Positions 20,036-29,801 of a stretch of 64,000 nucleotides of DNA are shown in pieces (the first letter of the stretch is position 1; each line of letters starts with the position of its first letter). Both the position numbers and the translations under genes were made by a program. The notes under the pieces were generated by a model. That model ran no database searches, was not told the origin of the DNA, and saw nothing but the letters and a program-made list of their open reading frames with translations. Source of the stretch: Arenicellales bacterium (GTDB taxonomy: Bacteria > Pseudomonadota > Gammaproteobacteria > Arenicellales > JAJDZL01); the NCBI GenBank assembly GCA_965200645.1, contig CBDAUN010000003.1, forward strand, positions 1,152,968-1,216,967. Direction: 5' to 3'.

Positions 20036-20158
20036 GATTATTTGGCATTTTCATATCAAAATGCTACGACTGGCTTGATCGCAGTTAATTCCCACAGCCA
20101 AGTGATCAGGTAAGTTTCACTGTCAACTAATGTTCCAACAACTATAAATTCAACGTAA

Positions 20159-23100
20159 ATGACGAAACCGAAAACAGATACTGGATTGTATCGACCGCAA
20201 TTTGAAAAAGACGGATGCGGTTTCGGCCTTATTGCACATATGGATGGCCAACCAACTCACTGGATGGTCAAAACAGCCGTGCAAGCGCTCGCGAATCTTA
20301 CTCACCGCGGTGCCATTGCCGCTGATGGAAAAACTGGCGACGGCTGCGGCATAATGCTGAAAAAGCCTGATTCATTTTTTCGAGCCATTGCCAAAGACTA
20401 CGGTTTCGAGCTACCCCGTAGATATGCAGTAGGCATGATTTTTCTGAATCAAAATTCAGATAAAGCCCAACGTAGTCGCACACTATTCGAAAGAGCACTG
20501 CATCAACAAGGTATGGAGGCCTTGTTTTGGCGCACCGTGCCAACAAATCCAAATGCTCTCGGCAAATCCGCGCTGGCTTCACAACCACAAATCGAGCAAA
20601 TTTTTGTGGTTCCCGAAGGCAACATGGTATCCAACGAATTTGAACGAAGACTTTACACTGCGCGTAGGGTTGCCGAAAAGAAAATTCAACCTCGTGATAA
20701 GCAATTTTACGTTTGCAGTCTTTCTTCTAGAGTCCTGGTTTACAAGGGTTTGTTTATGCCCAAAAACCTACCCGTCTTTTACTCGGAACTTCAAGACTCT
20801 AGCCTGAAGTCTTCTCTAGCGGTATTTCATCAACGATTTTCGACCAATACCGCTCCGACATGGACACTTGCCCAACCGTTTAGATTGCTTGCACACAATG
20901 GTGAAATTAACACAATCCAAGGTAACAGGAACTGGGCAATCGCCCGCAGTAGCCGATTCACGGATTCTCTCCATGATGATGTAGGAAAACTGTTGCCGTT
21001 GGTAGACTTTACATCTTCAGATTCGGCAAGTCTGGACAACATGCTAGAATTTTTCGTGCATGGCGGCATGAGTATTTTTCGTGCGATGCGTATGCTAGTC
21101 CCTCCAGCATGGCAGAACGTTGATACAATCGACCCGGATCTGCGTGCCTTTCACTCTTTTAATTCCACACACACGGAACCTTGGGATGGCCCGGCTGGCA
21201 TCGTGCTCACCGACGGTCGATATGCTGCGTGCGTGATGGACCGCAATGGCCTAAGACCTGCACGATATGTGATCACTTCTGATCGCTATATCACCCTGTC
21301 AACAGAAGTGGGTGTATATGACTACGAAGATGTAGATCTTGTAGCAAAGGGCCGACTGAAACCAGGACAGATGATTGCAGCCGATACTGTAACGGGTGAA
21401 CTTTTGTTACCTGAAGAGATCGATCGGCAGTTGATGAAACAACAACCCTATAAACGCTGGCTACGTGACAGGGAAGTAAGACTGTATACCGAACTTTTAA
21501 ACGATATCAATGTTAGTACTAAACTGAACCCGTTTGAACTGAAAGTCTACAAAAAACTGTTTCAGATTACCCATGAGGAGCAAGAACAAGTTATAAGGGT
21601 TCTTTCGGAAGCTGGACAGGAAGCAGTCGCTTCAATGGGTGATGACACTCCTTTGCCAGTCATGTCGACGAAAATTCGCTCGCCTTACGACTACTTTCGT
21701 CAACAGTTCGCTCAAGTGACCAACCCACCAATCGATCCTCTTCGCGAATCGATCGTAATGTCCCTTGAGACTACTCTTGGCAAAACAGCGGCACCTTTTG
21801 AAGAATCTGATGATCATGCAGAGTGCTTGGTAATCGGACCACCAGTGCTATCCGGAAAGCGATTCAAGGCGTTGCAGGATCCGGACAATTCTCGATTCAA
21901 GAGTCGCACCTTTGAGCTTCAGTATCAACCTGACGAGGGATTAAAGAATGCAATTATTCGAATTTGCGACGCAGTTGTTGAGGCAGTAAAGAATAACAAT
22001 ATTACCATCGTCGTGCTGTCAGATCGGAACATTACAGCCGACACACTTCCGATACATGCCCTGTTCGCCACAGGTGCAGTACACAATCGATTGATCAGGG
22101 AAGGTCTTCGATGCGATGCTAATCTAATCATCGAAACAGCTACTGCACGCGACTCGCATCATTTCGCCGTACTTATCGGACAAGGTGCAACTGCGGTATA
22201 CCCGTATCTTGCCTATGCTGTGTTATTGAATATGGCTGACGGCGGTACTTTTGGCAACGAATCCATCCCTTTACTTCGAAGTTACCGTCATGGGATCGAG
22301 AAAGGTCTGCTAAAGATAATGTCAAAAATGGGCATTGCCACGATTCCGAGTTACCGTGGAGCACAGTTGTTTGAGGCTGTTGGGTTACATAATGATGTGG
22401 TAGACCTTTGCTTTTCCGGTACAGTGTCGCGAATTCAAGGGACAAACTTTGAAGATATTGAAGCGGACCTCAAGGAGCTGGCAAAGGCAGCTTGGGACCC
22501 GCGACAATCTATTCAGCACGGTGGTCTGCTTAAGTTTTCTTCTGAAGGTGAATATCACGCCTATCATCCTGAGATTGTGCACTCTTTGCATGCTGCAGTT
22601 ACGACAGGAGATTCAGAAAAATATCGCGAATTCGCATCCGCTATCAATAACCGACAACCTATAGTTTTGCGAGACTTGCTCGAACTGAAATCAAAGAGAA
22701 AGCAAATTCCTCTTTCTGAAGTTGAACCTGTTGAAGCGATATTTTCTAGATTCGACAGCGCCGCCATGTCGCTTGGCGCCCTGTCGCCTGAAGCGCACGA
22801 AACTCTCGCTGAGGCAATGAATCAAATTGGTGGTCGATCCAACTCTGGTGAAGGTGGAGAAGATCCGGCCCGCTATGGTACGAGTCGAGAGTCAAAGATC
22901 AAGCAAGTGGCATCAGGCCGATTTGGAGTTACTCCGCATTACCTGGTCAATGCTGAAGTGCTACAGATCAAAATAGCACAAGGTGCTAAACCTGGCGAAG
23001 GAGGCCAACTTCCCGGGGATAAAGTCAGCGAAATGATCGCCTCACTCAGATATTCACGTCCAGGGGTTGCGCTAATTTCTCCGCCGCCACATCACGATAT

Positions 23101-24625
23101 TTATTCAATTGAAGACCTTGCGCAACTCATCTTTGACTTAAAGCAAGTTAACCCGGAAGCGCTGGTATCTGTGAAACTGGTTTCAGAAGCAGGCGTTGGC
23201 ACAATTGCAGCAGGCGTTGCCAAGGCATACGCTGATTTAATTACCATTGCAGGTTATGATGGAGGAACCGGAGCAAGTCCTGTGACCTCGGTAAAATACG
23301 CGGGCAGTCCCTGGGAACTTGGACTCGCTGAAACCCAGCAGACCCTGCGAATGAGCGACCTGCGTCACCGGGTCCGACTGCAGGTTGACGGTGGACTAAA
23401 AACTGGATTGGATGTTGTCAAAGCCGCACTGCTAGGCGCTGATTCCTTTGGTTTCGGAACTGCACCTATGCTTGCCATGGGTTGTAAGTATCTGCGTGTT
23501 TGTCATTTAAACAACTGTGCAACGGGTGTGGCCACGCAGAATTCAATTTTAAGAGACCGCTACTTTATAGGTAACGTGGAGCGAGTTGTTCGTTACTTTC
23601 ATTTCGTAGCCGAAGAAGTGAGAGAATTGCTCGCTTCCATTGGGTATCGCAGTCTCGATCAAATTATCGGACACCCGAAGCTACTCAAGGTAATAGAGGG
23701 GACTACAAATCGTCAACGTCAACTGGATTTGAGTCCATTGCTGTCAGTCGCCGGTGTTCAAACCAATGTCCCCCGAAAGTGTACCGTTGAAAGAAACGAA
23801 CCTTGGGACCAAGGTGAGTTGGCTGAACTGATGGTGAAAGATGCGTTCGGCAAATCTAAGGTGGATGAGAAACAGGAATACCACTACAAAATTTCAAACG
23901 TAAATCGATCCATTGGTGCGAGGCTTTCAGGCGAAATTGCAAAGAAATACGGCAGTCAAGGAGTTTCCCATGCGCCAATCACAATGCGATTTACCGGTAC
24001 CGCCGGACAGAGTTTTGGTGCCTGGAATGCACCTGGACTCAATCTTTACCTAGAAGGTGATGCAAATGATTATGTCGGCAAAGGTATGGCTGGCGGCAAG
24101 ATCGTATTACTGCCTTCTAAGCAAAGCAAACTCGACACCAGGGAAACTCCAATTGCAGGCAACACCTGTTTGTATGGCGCTACTGGCGGGAAGTTTTTCG
24201 CCGCAGGAATTGGCGGAGAGCGTTTCGCCGTGCGTAACTCAGGTGCCATTGCTGTGTTGGAAGGTTGCGGTGACCACGGCTGTGAGTACATGACTGGAGG
24301 GGCTGTACTTTCGCTTGGAAAGACGGGAGTCAACTTTGGTGCCGGAATGACTGGTGGAATAGCGTTCGTGTTAGATTTGGAGCGCAACTTTGTTGATTTC
24401 TACAATCACGAATTAATCGATATACATCGTTTAACCCATGAAGACATGGAACCTCATTTATATTACTTGCGTCAATTGATTTCTGAATATGTTTTGGAAA
24501 CTGGCAGCGATTGGGGAGCGCAAATAAATGCAGATTTTTATGAACTGGCGGGCCGGTTCTGGTTGGTTAAGCCCAAAGCTTCGGACATCAAGACATTGAT
24601 GGAAACACTACGTGAAGCAGCGTAG
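20159..24625 (+). CDS. gltB: Glutamate synthase (NADPH) large subunit
   Basis: 1488 aa. It has an Ntn-amidotransferase N-terminus with catalytic Cys (KDGCGFGLIAH), an FMN/synthase domain (GAKPGEGGQLPG, ISPPPHHDIYSIEDL) and a C-terminal GXGXG beta-helix domain. Confidence 0.97.
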   Translation: MTKPKTDTGLYRPQFEKDGCGFGLIAHMDGQPTHWMVKTAVQALANLTHRGAIAADGKTGDGCGIMLKKPDSFFRAIAKDYGFELPRRYAVGMIFLNQNSDKAQRSRTLFERALHQQGMEALFWRTVPTNPNALGKSALASQPQIEQIFVVPEGNMVSNEFERRLYTARRVAEKKIQPRDKQFYVCSLSSRVLVYKGLFMPKNLPVFYSELQDSSLKSSLAVFHQRFSTNTAPTWTLAQPFRLLAHNGEINTIQGNRNWAIARSSRFTDSLHDDVGKLLPLVDFTSSDSASLDNMLEFFVHGGMSIFRAMRMLVPPAWQNVDTIDPDLRAFHSFNSTHTEPWDGPAGIVLTDGRYAACVMDRNGLRPARYVITSDRYITLSTEVGVYDYEDVDLVAKGRLKPGQMIAADTVTGELLLPEEIDRQLMKQQPYKRWLRDREVRLYTELLNDINVSTKLNPFELKVYKKLFQITHEEQEQVIRVLSEAGQEAVASMGDDTPLPVMSTKIRSPYDYFRQQFAQVTNPPIDPLRESIVMSLETTLGKTAAPFEESDDHAECLVIGPPVLSGKRFKALQDPDNSRFKSRTFELQYQPDEGLKNAIIRICDAVVEAVKNNNITIVVLSDRNITADTLPIHALFATGAVHNRLIREGLRCDANLIIETATARDSHHFAVLIGQGATAVYPYLAYAVLLNMADGGTFGNESIPLLRSYRHGIEKGLLKIMSKMGIATIPSYRGAQLFEAVGLHNDVVDLCFSGTVSRIQGTNFEDIEADLKELAKAAWDPRQSIQHGGLLKFSSEGEYHAYHPEIVHSLHAAVTTGDSEKYREFASAINNRQPIVLRDLLELKSKRKQIPLSEVEPVEAIFSRFDSAAMSLGALSPEAHETLAEAMNQIGGRSNSGEGGEDPARYGTSRESKIKQVASGRFGVTPHYLVNAEVLQIKIAQGAKPGEGGQLPGDKVSEMIASLRYSRPGVALISPPPHHDIYSIEDLAQLIFDLKQVNPEALVSVKLVSEAGVGTIAAGVAKAYADLITIAGYDGGTGASPVTSVKYAGSPWELGLAETQQTLRMSDLRHRVRLQVDGGLKTGLDVVKAALLGADSFGFGTAPMLAMGCKYLRVCHLNNCATGVATQNSILRDRYFIGNVERVVRYFHFVAEEVRELLASIGYRSLDQIIGHPKLLKVIEGTTNRQRQLDLSPLLSVAGVQTNVPRKCTVERNEPWDQGELAELMVKDAFGKSKVDEKQEYHYKISNVNRSIGARLSGEIAKKYGSQGVSHAPITMRFTGTAGQSFGAWNAPGLNLYLEGDANDYVGKGMAGGKIVLLPSKQSKLDTRETPIAGNTCLYGATGGKFFAAGIGGERFAVRNSGAIAVLEGCGDHGCEYMTGGAVLSLGKTGVNFGAGMTGGIAFVLDLERNFVDFYNHELIDIHRLTHEDMEPHLYYLRQLISEYVLETGSDWGAQINADFYELAGRFWLVKPKASDIKTLMETLREAA

Positions 24626-26056
<1,431 letters not shown>

Positions 26057-26071
26057 TCGGAGCAATTTATT

Positions 26072-26794
26072 TTGACTTCAGAGTCAAATAAAATTCCAGT
26101 CAAGGAACATCTGATCGTCGCTCTGGATGTTCCATCGGATGATGAGGCACTCGACTTGGTCGACAAAATTGGCGATGAAGCCGTTTTTTACAAAGTTGGC
26201 TTAGAGTTATTTTGTAAAGGGTCAGGAATTGGATTGATGCATAAGCTCATTGACCGTGGCTGCAAAGTATTCGCCGATTTCAAACTCTATGACGTACCCA
26301 CTACCGTTCAGCGCGCCACCAGACAATTGAATGGAGTTGGAATTGATTTTCTGACAGTACATGGAGATGTGCCAATCATGCTGGCGGCAGTTGAAGCAGC
26401 AAAGGATTTCAAAGTTCTTGCTGTAACCATACTAACTAGCATGACTCAAGAGAGTATACGTGCGCTTGGGTTTAGTGGAGAACTTAAGGAACTTGTGTTG
26501 TTACGTGCTGCAGATGCGCATCAATGTGGCTGCGGTGGCGTTATTGCCTCCGGACAGGAGGCCACAGCGTTAAAAAGTGTACATGGTAATGAATTGCTTG
26601 TAATAACTCCGGGGGTGAGAAACGAAGGAAATCCGACCCACGATCAAAGAAGAACAGTCAGCATAAGGGAAGCATTTGCTTTTGGTGTGGACCATGTTGT
26701 GGTTGGTCGACCCATTCGAGATGCCACCGACCCGGCACAGGCTGCCAGAAACATACAGTCACAAATAAAGCAGGCACTAAATTTAGACCGATAG
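26072..26794 (+). CDS. pyrF: Orotidine 5'-phosphate decarboxylase
   Basis: LIVALDV, KVGLELF and DFKLYDVPTT (DxKxxD catalytic array), plus VVGRPI. It has a TTG start with GGAG 10 nt upstream. Confidence 0.9.
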   Translation: MTSESNKIPVKEHLIVALDVPSDDEALDLVDKIGDEAVFYKVGLELFCKGSGIGLMHKLIDRGCKVFADFKLYDVPTTVQRATRQLNGVGIDFLTVHGDVPIMLAAVEAAKDFKVLAVTILTSMTQESIRALGFSGELKELVLLRAADAHQCGCGGVIASGQEATALKSVHGNELLVITPGVRNEGNPTHDQRRTVSIREAFAFGVDHVVVGRPIRDATDPAQAARNIQSQIKQALNLDR

Positions 26795-26899
26795 AGTTAA
26801 TGTTGTCAATTAAGTCAAAGAGTTTCGCTTACAAATTCACTTGGGAACTGAACCTGTTGGAGTTACTTGACTTAACTAATAACTTTGTTTCTCATTGAT

Positions 26900-27244
26900 T
26901 TATGCTTCTTTTTTGGCATCAAGATAAATGATAATCCCTCCAACCAAAGCGATCCCCATGTTAAAAGCAATGAGTAAATTGCCACTCACAATGCTACTCA
27001 TACCTGAGATTAATGCGAAAGCAATAATGAGCATACCGACCGAAGAAATTCTGCGGTTATATGCTGCTGCACCAAGTCCTATTGTGACAAACGCACCTGC
27101 AAGTATGACCCATACTAGAAGGTCACCAATACCTCCTCTTTCAAATGGATGAATGCTCCCTTCCCACATCAAAACAGAAGGAAGTAATAGCCCTACATTG
27201 GCAATTCCGCCAGCAAATGCCATAACCGCACCAATGTTTTTCAT
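26900..27244 (-). CDS. Small integral membrane protein, function unknown
   Basis: 114 aa, almost entirely hydrophobic, with about 4 predicted TM helices. I do not recognise a family. Confidence 0.45.
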   Translation of the reverse strand: MKNIGAVMAFAGGIANVGLLLPSVLMWEGSIHPFERGGIGDLLVWVILAGAFVTIGLGAAAYNRRISSVGMLIIAFALISGMSSIVSGNLLIAFNMGIALVGGIIIYLDAKKEA

Positions 27245-27470
27245 AGCATAATTTCCAGTTAATTTATGTTCATTTTTTGGTTCTTGAATCTAATTATTGC
27301 GGTGAACAGCTTCAGTCCATATGAGTCTTCAACCCTTCAGAAATTATCGTTTCGCGGTGCCAATCAAACCTTCGACACCTGCGTCGGCATATTTTGTGAG
27401 AAAATTGAATTCGGCGACCCATTCTAACTTCTTAAGTGCAATTCGCAGAGCATTTTAACAAACTGAACAA

Positions 27471-28562
27471 ATGTCTGATATTGACTCACAAACACAAGAT
27501 CGATTTCTACGGGCTTTACGGCGCCTACCGGTCGACAGAACACCAGTATGGGTGATGCGTCAGGCCGGACGGTATCTACCCGAGTACCGAGCAACTCGCG
27601 AACTCGCTGGAGACTTTCTTACCCTATGCCGTACACCAGAACTCGCTTGTGAAGTCACTCTGCAACCTATTCGAAGATTCGCGCTTGATGCCGCAATCAT
27701 TTTTTCGGACATTCTGGTCATTCCTGATGCCATGGGACTTGGATTGCAGATGGTGGAGTCTATAGGGCCGGTTTTTGAAAATCCTATTCAAAACAAATCA
27801 CAAATCAGTCAGCTACAAATTCCAGATCCGGAAACCGACCTGCGGTATGTACTCGATGCGGTGAATATGACAAGTCAGGCACTAGGTGAAACGTTCCCGC
27901 TAATCGGATTTTCTGGAAGTCCTTGGACATTGGCTGTCTATATGATTGAAGGTCAATCTAAAACAGACTTTTCAAAAATCAAGAAATTTGCTCAAGAAGA
28001 AAACTCTGCTGCACACCAATTACTACAAATTCTTTCTCGTAGCGTAATGAGCTACCTAACTGCACAGGCAAATTCCGGAGCGAAGGCTCTTATGATTTTT
28101 GATACTTGGGGAGGGATTCTAAATTCAAACCAATATGCCGATTTATCCTTACGCTACATGACTGAAATCGTTGCACACCTGAAGTCCCAAAGTTCGGATA
28201 CACCGGTGATTTTGTTCACCAAAGGCGGCGGGAAGTGGCTGGAAAATATCGCTGACAGCGGTTGTGATGGCGTTGGGCTAGATTGGACAAATGATATAGG
28301 TGAGGCTCGACGCCGTATAGGAGACCGAGTCGCCTTACAAGGTAATCTCGACCCAGGATTCATGAGTACAACAGAGCAACAAGTTCGCGCAGAAGTTGGA
28401 AGGATATTGGACAACTTTGGCCATGGCAGTGGTCACATTTTTAATCTAGGACACGGCATACGACCCGATGCAAATCCCGATCTTGTGTCGGTTTTAGTTA
28501 AAGAAGTGCATTCCCAAAGCGAGCCGTATCATCGCAATACTAATCGAACTTCAGACCTCTAA
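27471..28562 (+). CDS. hemE: Uroporphyrinogen decarboxylase
   Basis: URO-D signature PVWVMRQAGRYLPEY and a second signature region GFSGSPWTLAVYMIEG. Confidence 0.95.
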   Translation: MSDIDSQTQDRFLRALRRLPVDRTPVWVMRQAGRYLPEYRATRELAGDFLTLCRTPELACEVTLQPIRRFALDAAIIFSDILVIPDAMGLGLQMVESIGPVFENPIQNKSQISQLQIPDPETDLRYVLDAVNMTSQALGETFPLIGFSGSPWTLAVYMIEGQSKTDFSKIKKFAQEENSAAHQLLQILSRSVMSYLTAQANSGAKALMIFDTWGGILNSNQYADLSLRYMTEIVAHLKSQSSDTPVILFTKGGGKWLENIADSGCDGVGLDWTNDIGEARRRIGDRVALQGNLDPGFMSTTEQQVRAEVGRILDNFGHGSGHIFNLGHGIRPDANPDLVSVLVKEVHSQSEPYHRNTNRTSDL

Positions 28563-28667
28563 AAATTACTCCACAATTCCTACCCTTCCAAACCGAAGTA
28601 TTGCAATCGGATAAAGCCAGTACCATATTAGTTTGTCCTGTTCAATGCTATACTGAATATAGAATTG

Positions 28668-28709
28668 ATCACAATTGTGCACTCGAATTTAATATTCACT
28701 TTTTGTGAT
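28668..28709. promoter_or_regulatory. Operator-like inverted repeats upstream of the TAXI-TRAP operon
   Basis: Perfect palindrome CACAATTGTG (28670-28679), flanked by ATCACAA (28668-28674) and its inverse TTGTGAT (28703-28709). The site lies 45-85 nt upstream of the binding-protein ATG. Confidence 0.3.
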
Positions 28710-28753
28710 TGAAAGGATTTATTGGAATCTATAAACTTTACAGGGGATAAAAC

Positions 28754-29716
28754 ATGAAGAAAATTCTACTCATATTTACCACTGCTGCTCTAGCCTTTGT
28801 TAGTGCACCTCAAGTATTGGCAGAACAAAAATTTATCAGCATCGGTACCGGCGGTGTAACAGGCGTTTACTACCCTACCGGCGGTGCCATCTGTAGACTG
28901 GTTAATAAAGACCGCAAGGAGCACGGCATCCGTTGTTCGGCAGAATCAACCGGCGGTTCAATCTATAACATCAATACCATTCGTGCAGGCGAACTTGAAT
29001 TTGGTGTTGCCCAATCTGACTGGCAGTTTCATGCATACAACGGCACATCCAAATTCGAAGAACAAGGTGCTTTTGAAGGACTTAGAGCCGTTTTCTCGGT
29101 TCATCCTGAACCTGTAACAATCATTGCTCGCGATGATTCCGGAATTGAGAACATCACTGACCTTAAAGGCAAACGGGTAAATATTGGAAATCCAGGATCT
29201 GGAACACGTGGAACTTGGGAAGTCATCGAAGAAGCTTTAGGCTGGGACCGAAGCGACTTGAAACTAGCTGCGGAAATGAAGTCTGCTGAAACCGGACAAG
29301 CCGTTTGTGACAATAAAATTGATTCATACTTCTGGTTGGTCGGTCATCCATCAGCACTCACTCAGGAGTCTCTTTCCACTTGTGATGCACACCTAGTGAA
29401 TGCAACTGGCGATGCGATCGACAAATTAGTAGCTGATAATTCCTACTACCGAACTGCGACCATTCCAGCCGGAATGTACAATAACGAAAGCGACATCACC
29501 ACGTTTGGTGTTGGTGCTACCTTCGTAACCAGTACAGATGTTCCTGCTGACGTTGTTTACATAGTGGTAAAGGCAGTGTTCGAGAACTTTGACCAGTTCA
29601 AAAAATTGCATCCTGCATTTGCTAACCTAAAGGCTGAAGAAATGATTTCTGATTCCTTGTCTGCACCTCTCCACGAAGGCGCAGCACGCTATTACAAGGA
29701 GCAAGGCTGGATGTAA
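28754..29716 (+). CDS. TRAP transporter solute receptor, TAXI family
   Basis: Signal peptide followed by the family-typical [26 protein letters not shown] and [12 protein letters not shown] fused TRAP permease follows. Confidence 0.85.
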   Translation: MKKILLIFTTAALAFVSAPQVLAEQKFISIGTGGVTGVYYPTGGAICRLVNKDRKEHGIRCSAESTGGSIYNINTIRAGELEFGVAQSDWQFHAYNGTSKFEEQGAFEGLRAVFSVHPEPVTIIARDDSGIENITDLKGKRVNIGNPGSGTRGTWEVIEEALGWDRSDLKLAAEMKSAETGQAVCDNKIDSYFWLVGHPSALTQESLSTCDAHLVNATGDAIDKLVADNSYYRTATIPAGMYNNESDITTFGVGATFVTSTDVPADVVYIVVKAVFENFDQFKKLHPAFANLKAEEMISDSLSAPLHEGAARYYKEQGWM

Positions 29717-29729
29717 ATTCAACTTATTT

Positions 29730-29760
29730 GAAGCGAGGCGGTGATTTGCAGCCTCGCTTC
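29730..29760 (+). terminator. Intra-operon hairpin (attenuator/terminator) after the TAXI binding-protein gene
   Basis: A perfect 10-bp GC-rich stem, gaagcgaggc-N11-gcctcgcttc, lies 14 nt after the stop. It is followed by the T-rich tcttcctgctactttt. Confidence 0.5.
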
Positions 29761-29801
29761 TCTTCCTGCTACTTTTATCAATCAAGTAGACCCTGCTAGC
29801 T

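Noticed and set aside
26810-26875. An inverted repeat, TTAAGTCAA ... TTGACTTAA, after pyrF as a possible terminator.
   Set aside because: The arms are separated by a ~48-nt loop and are AT-rich. This is not a credible intrinsic terminator.
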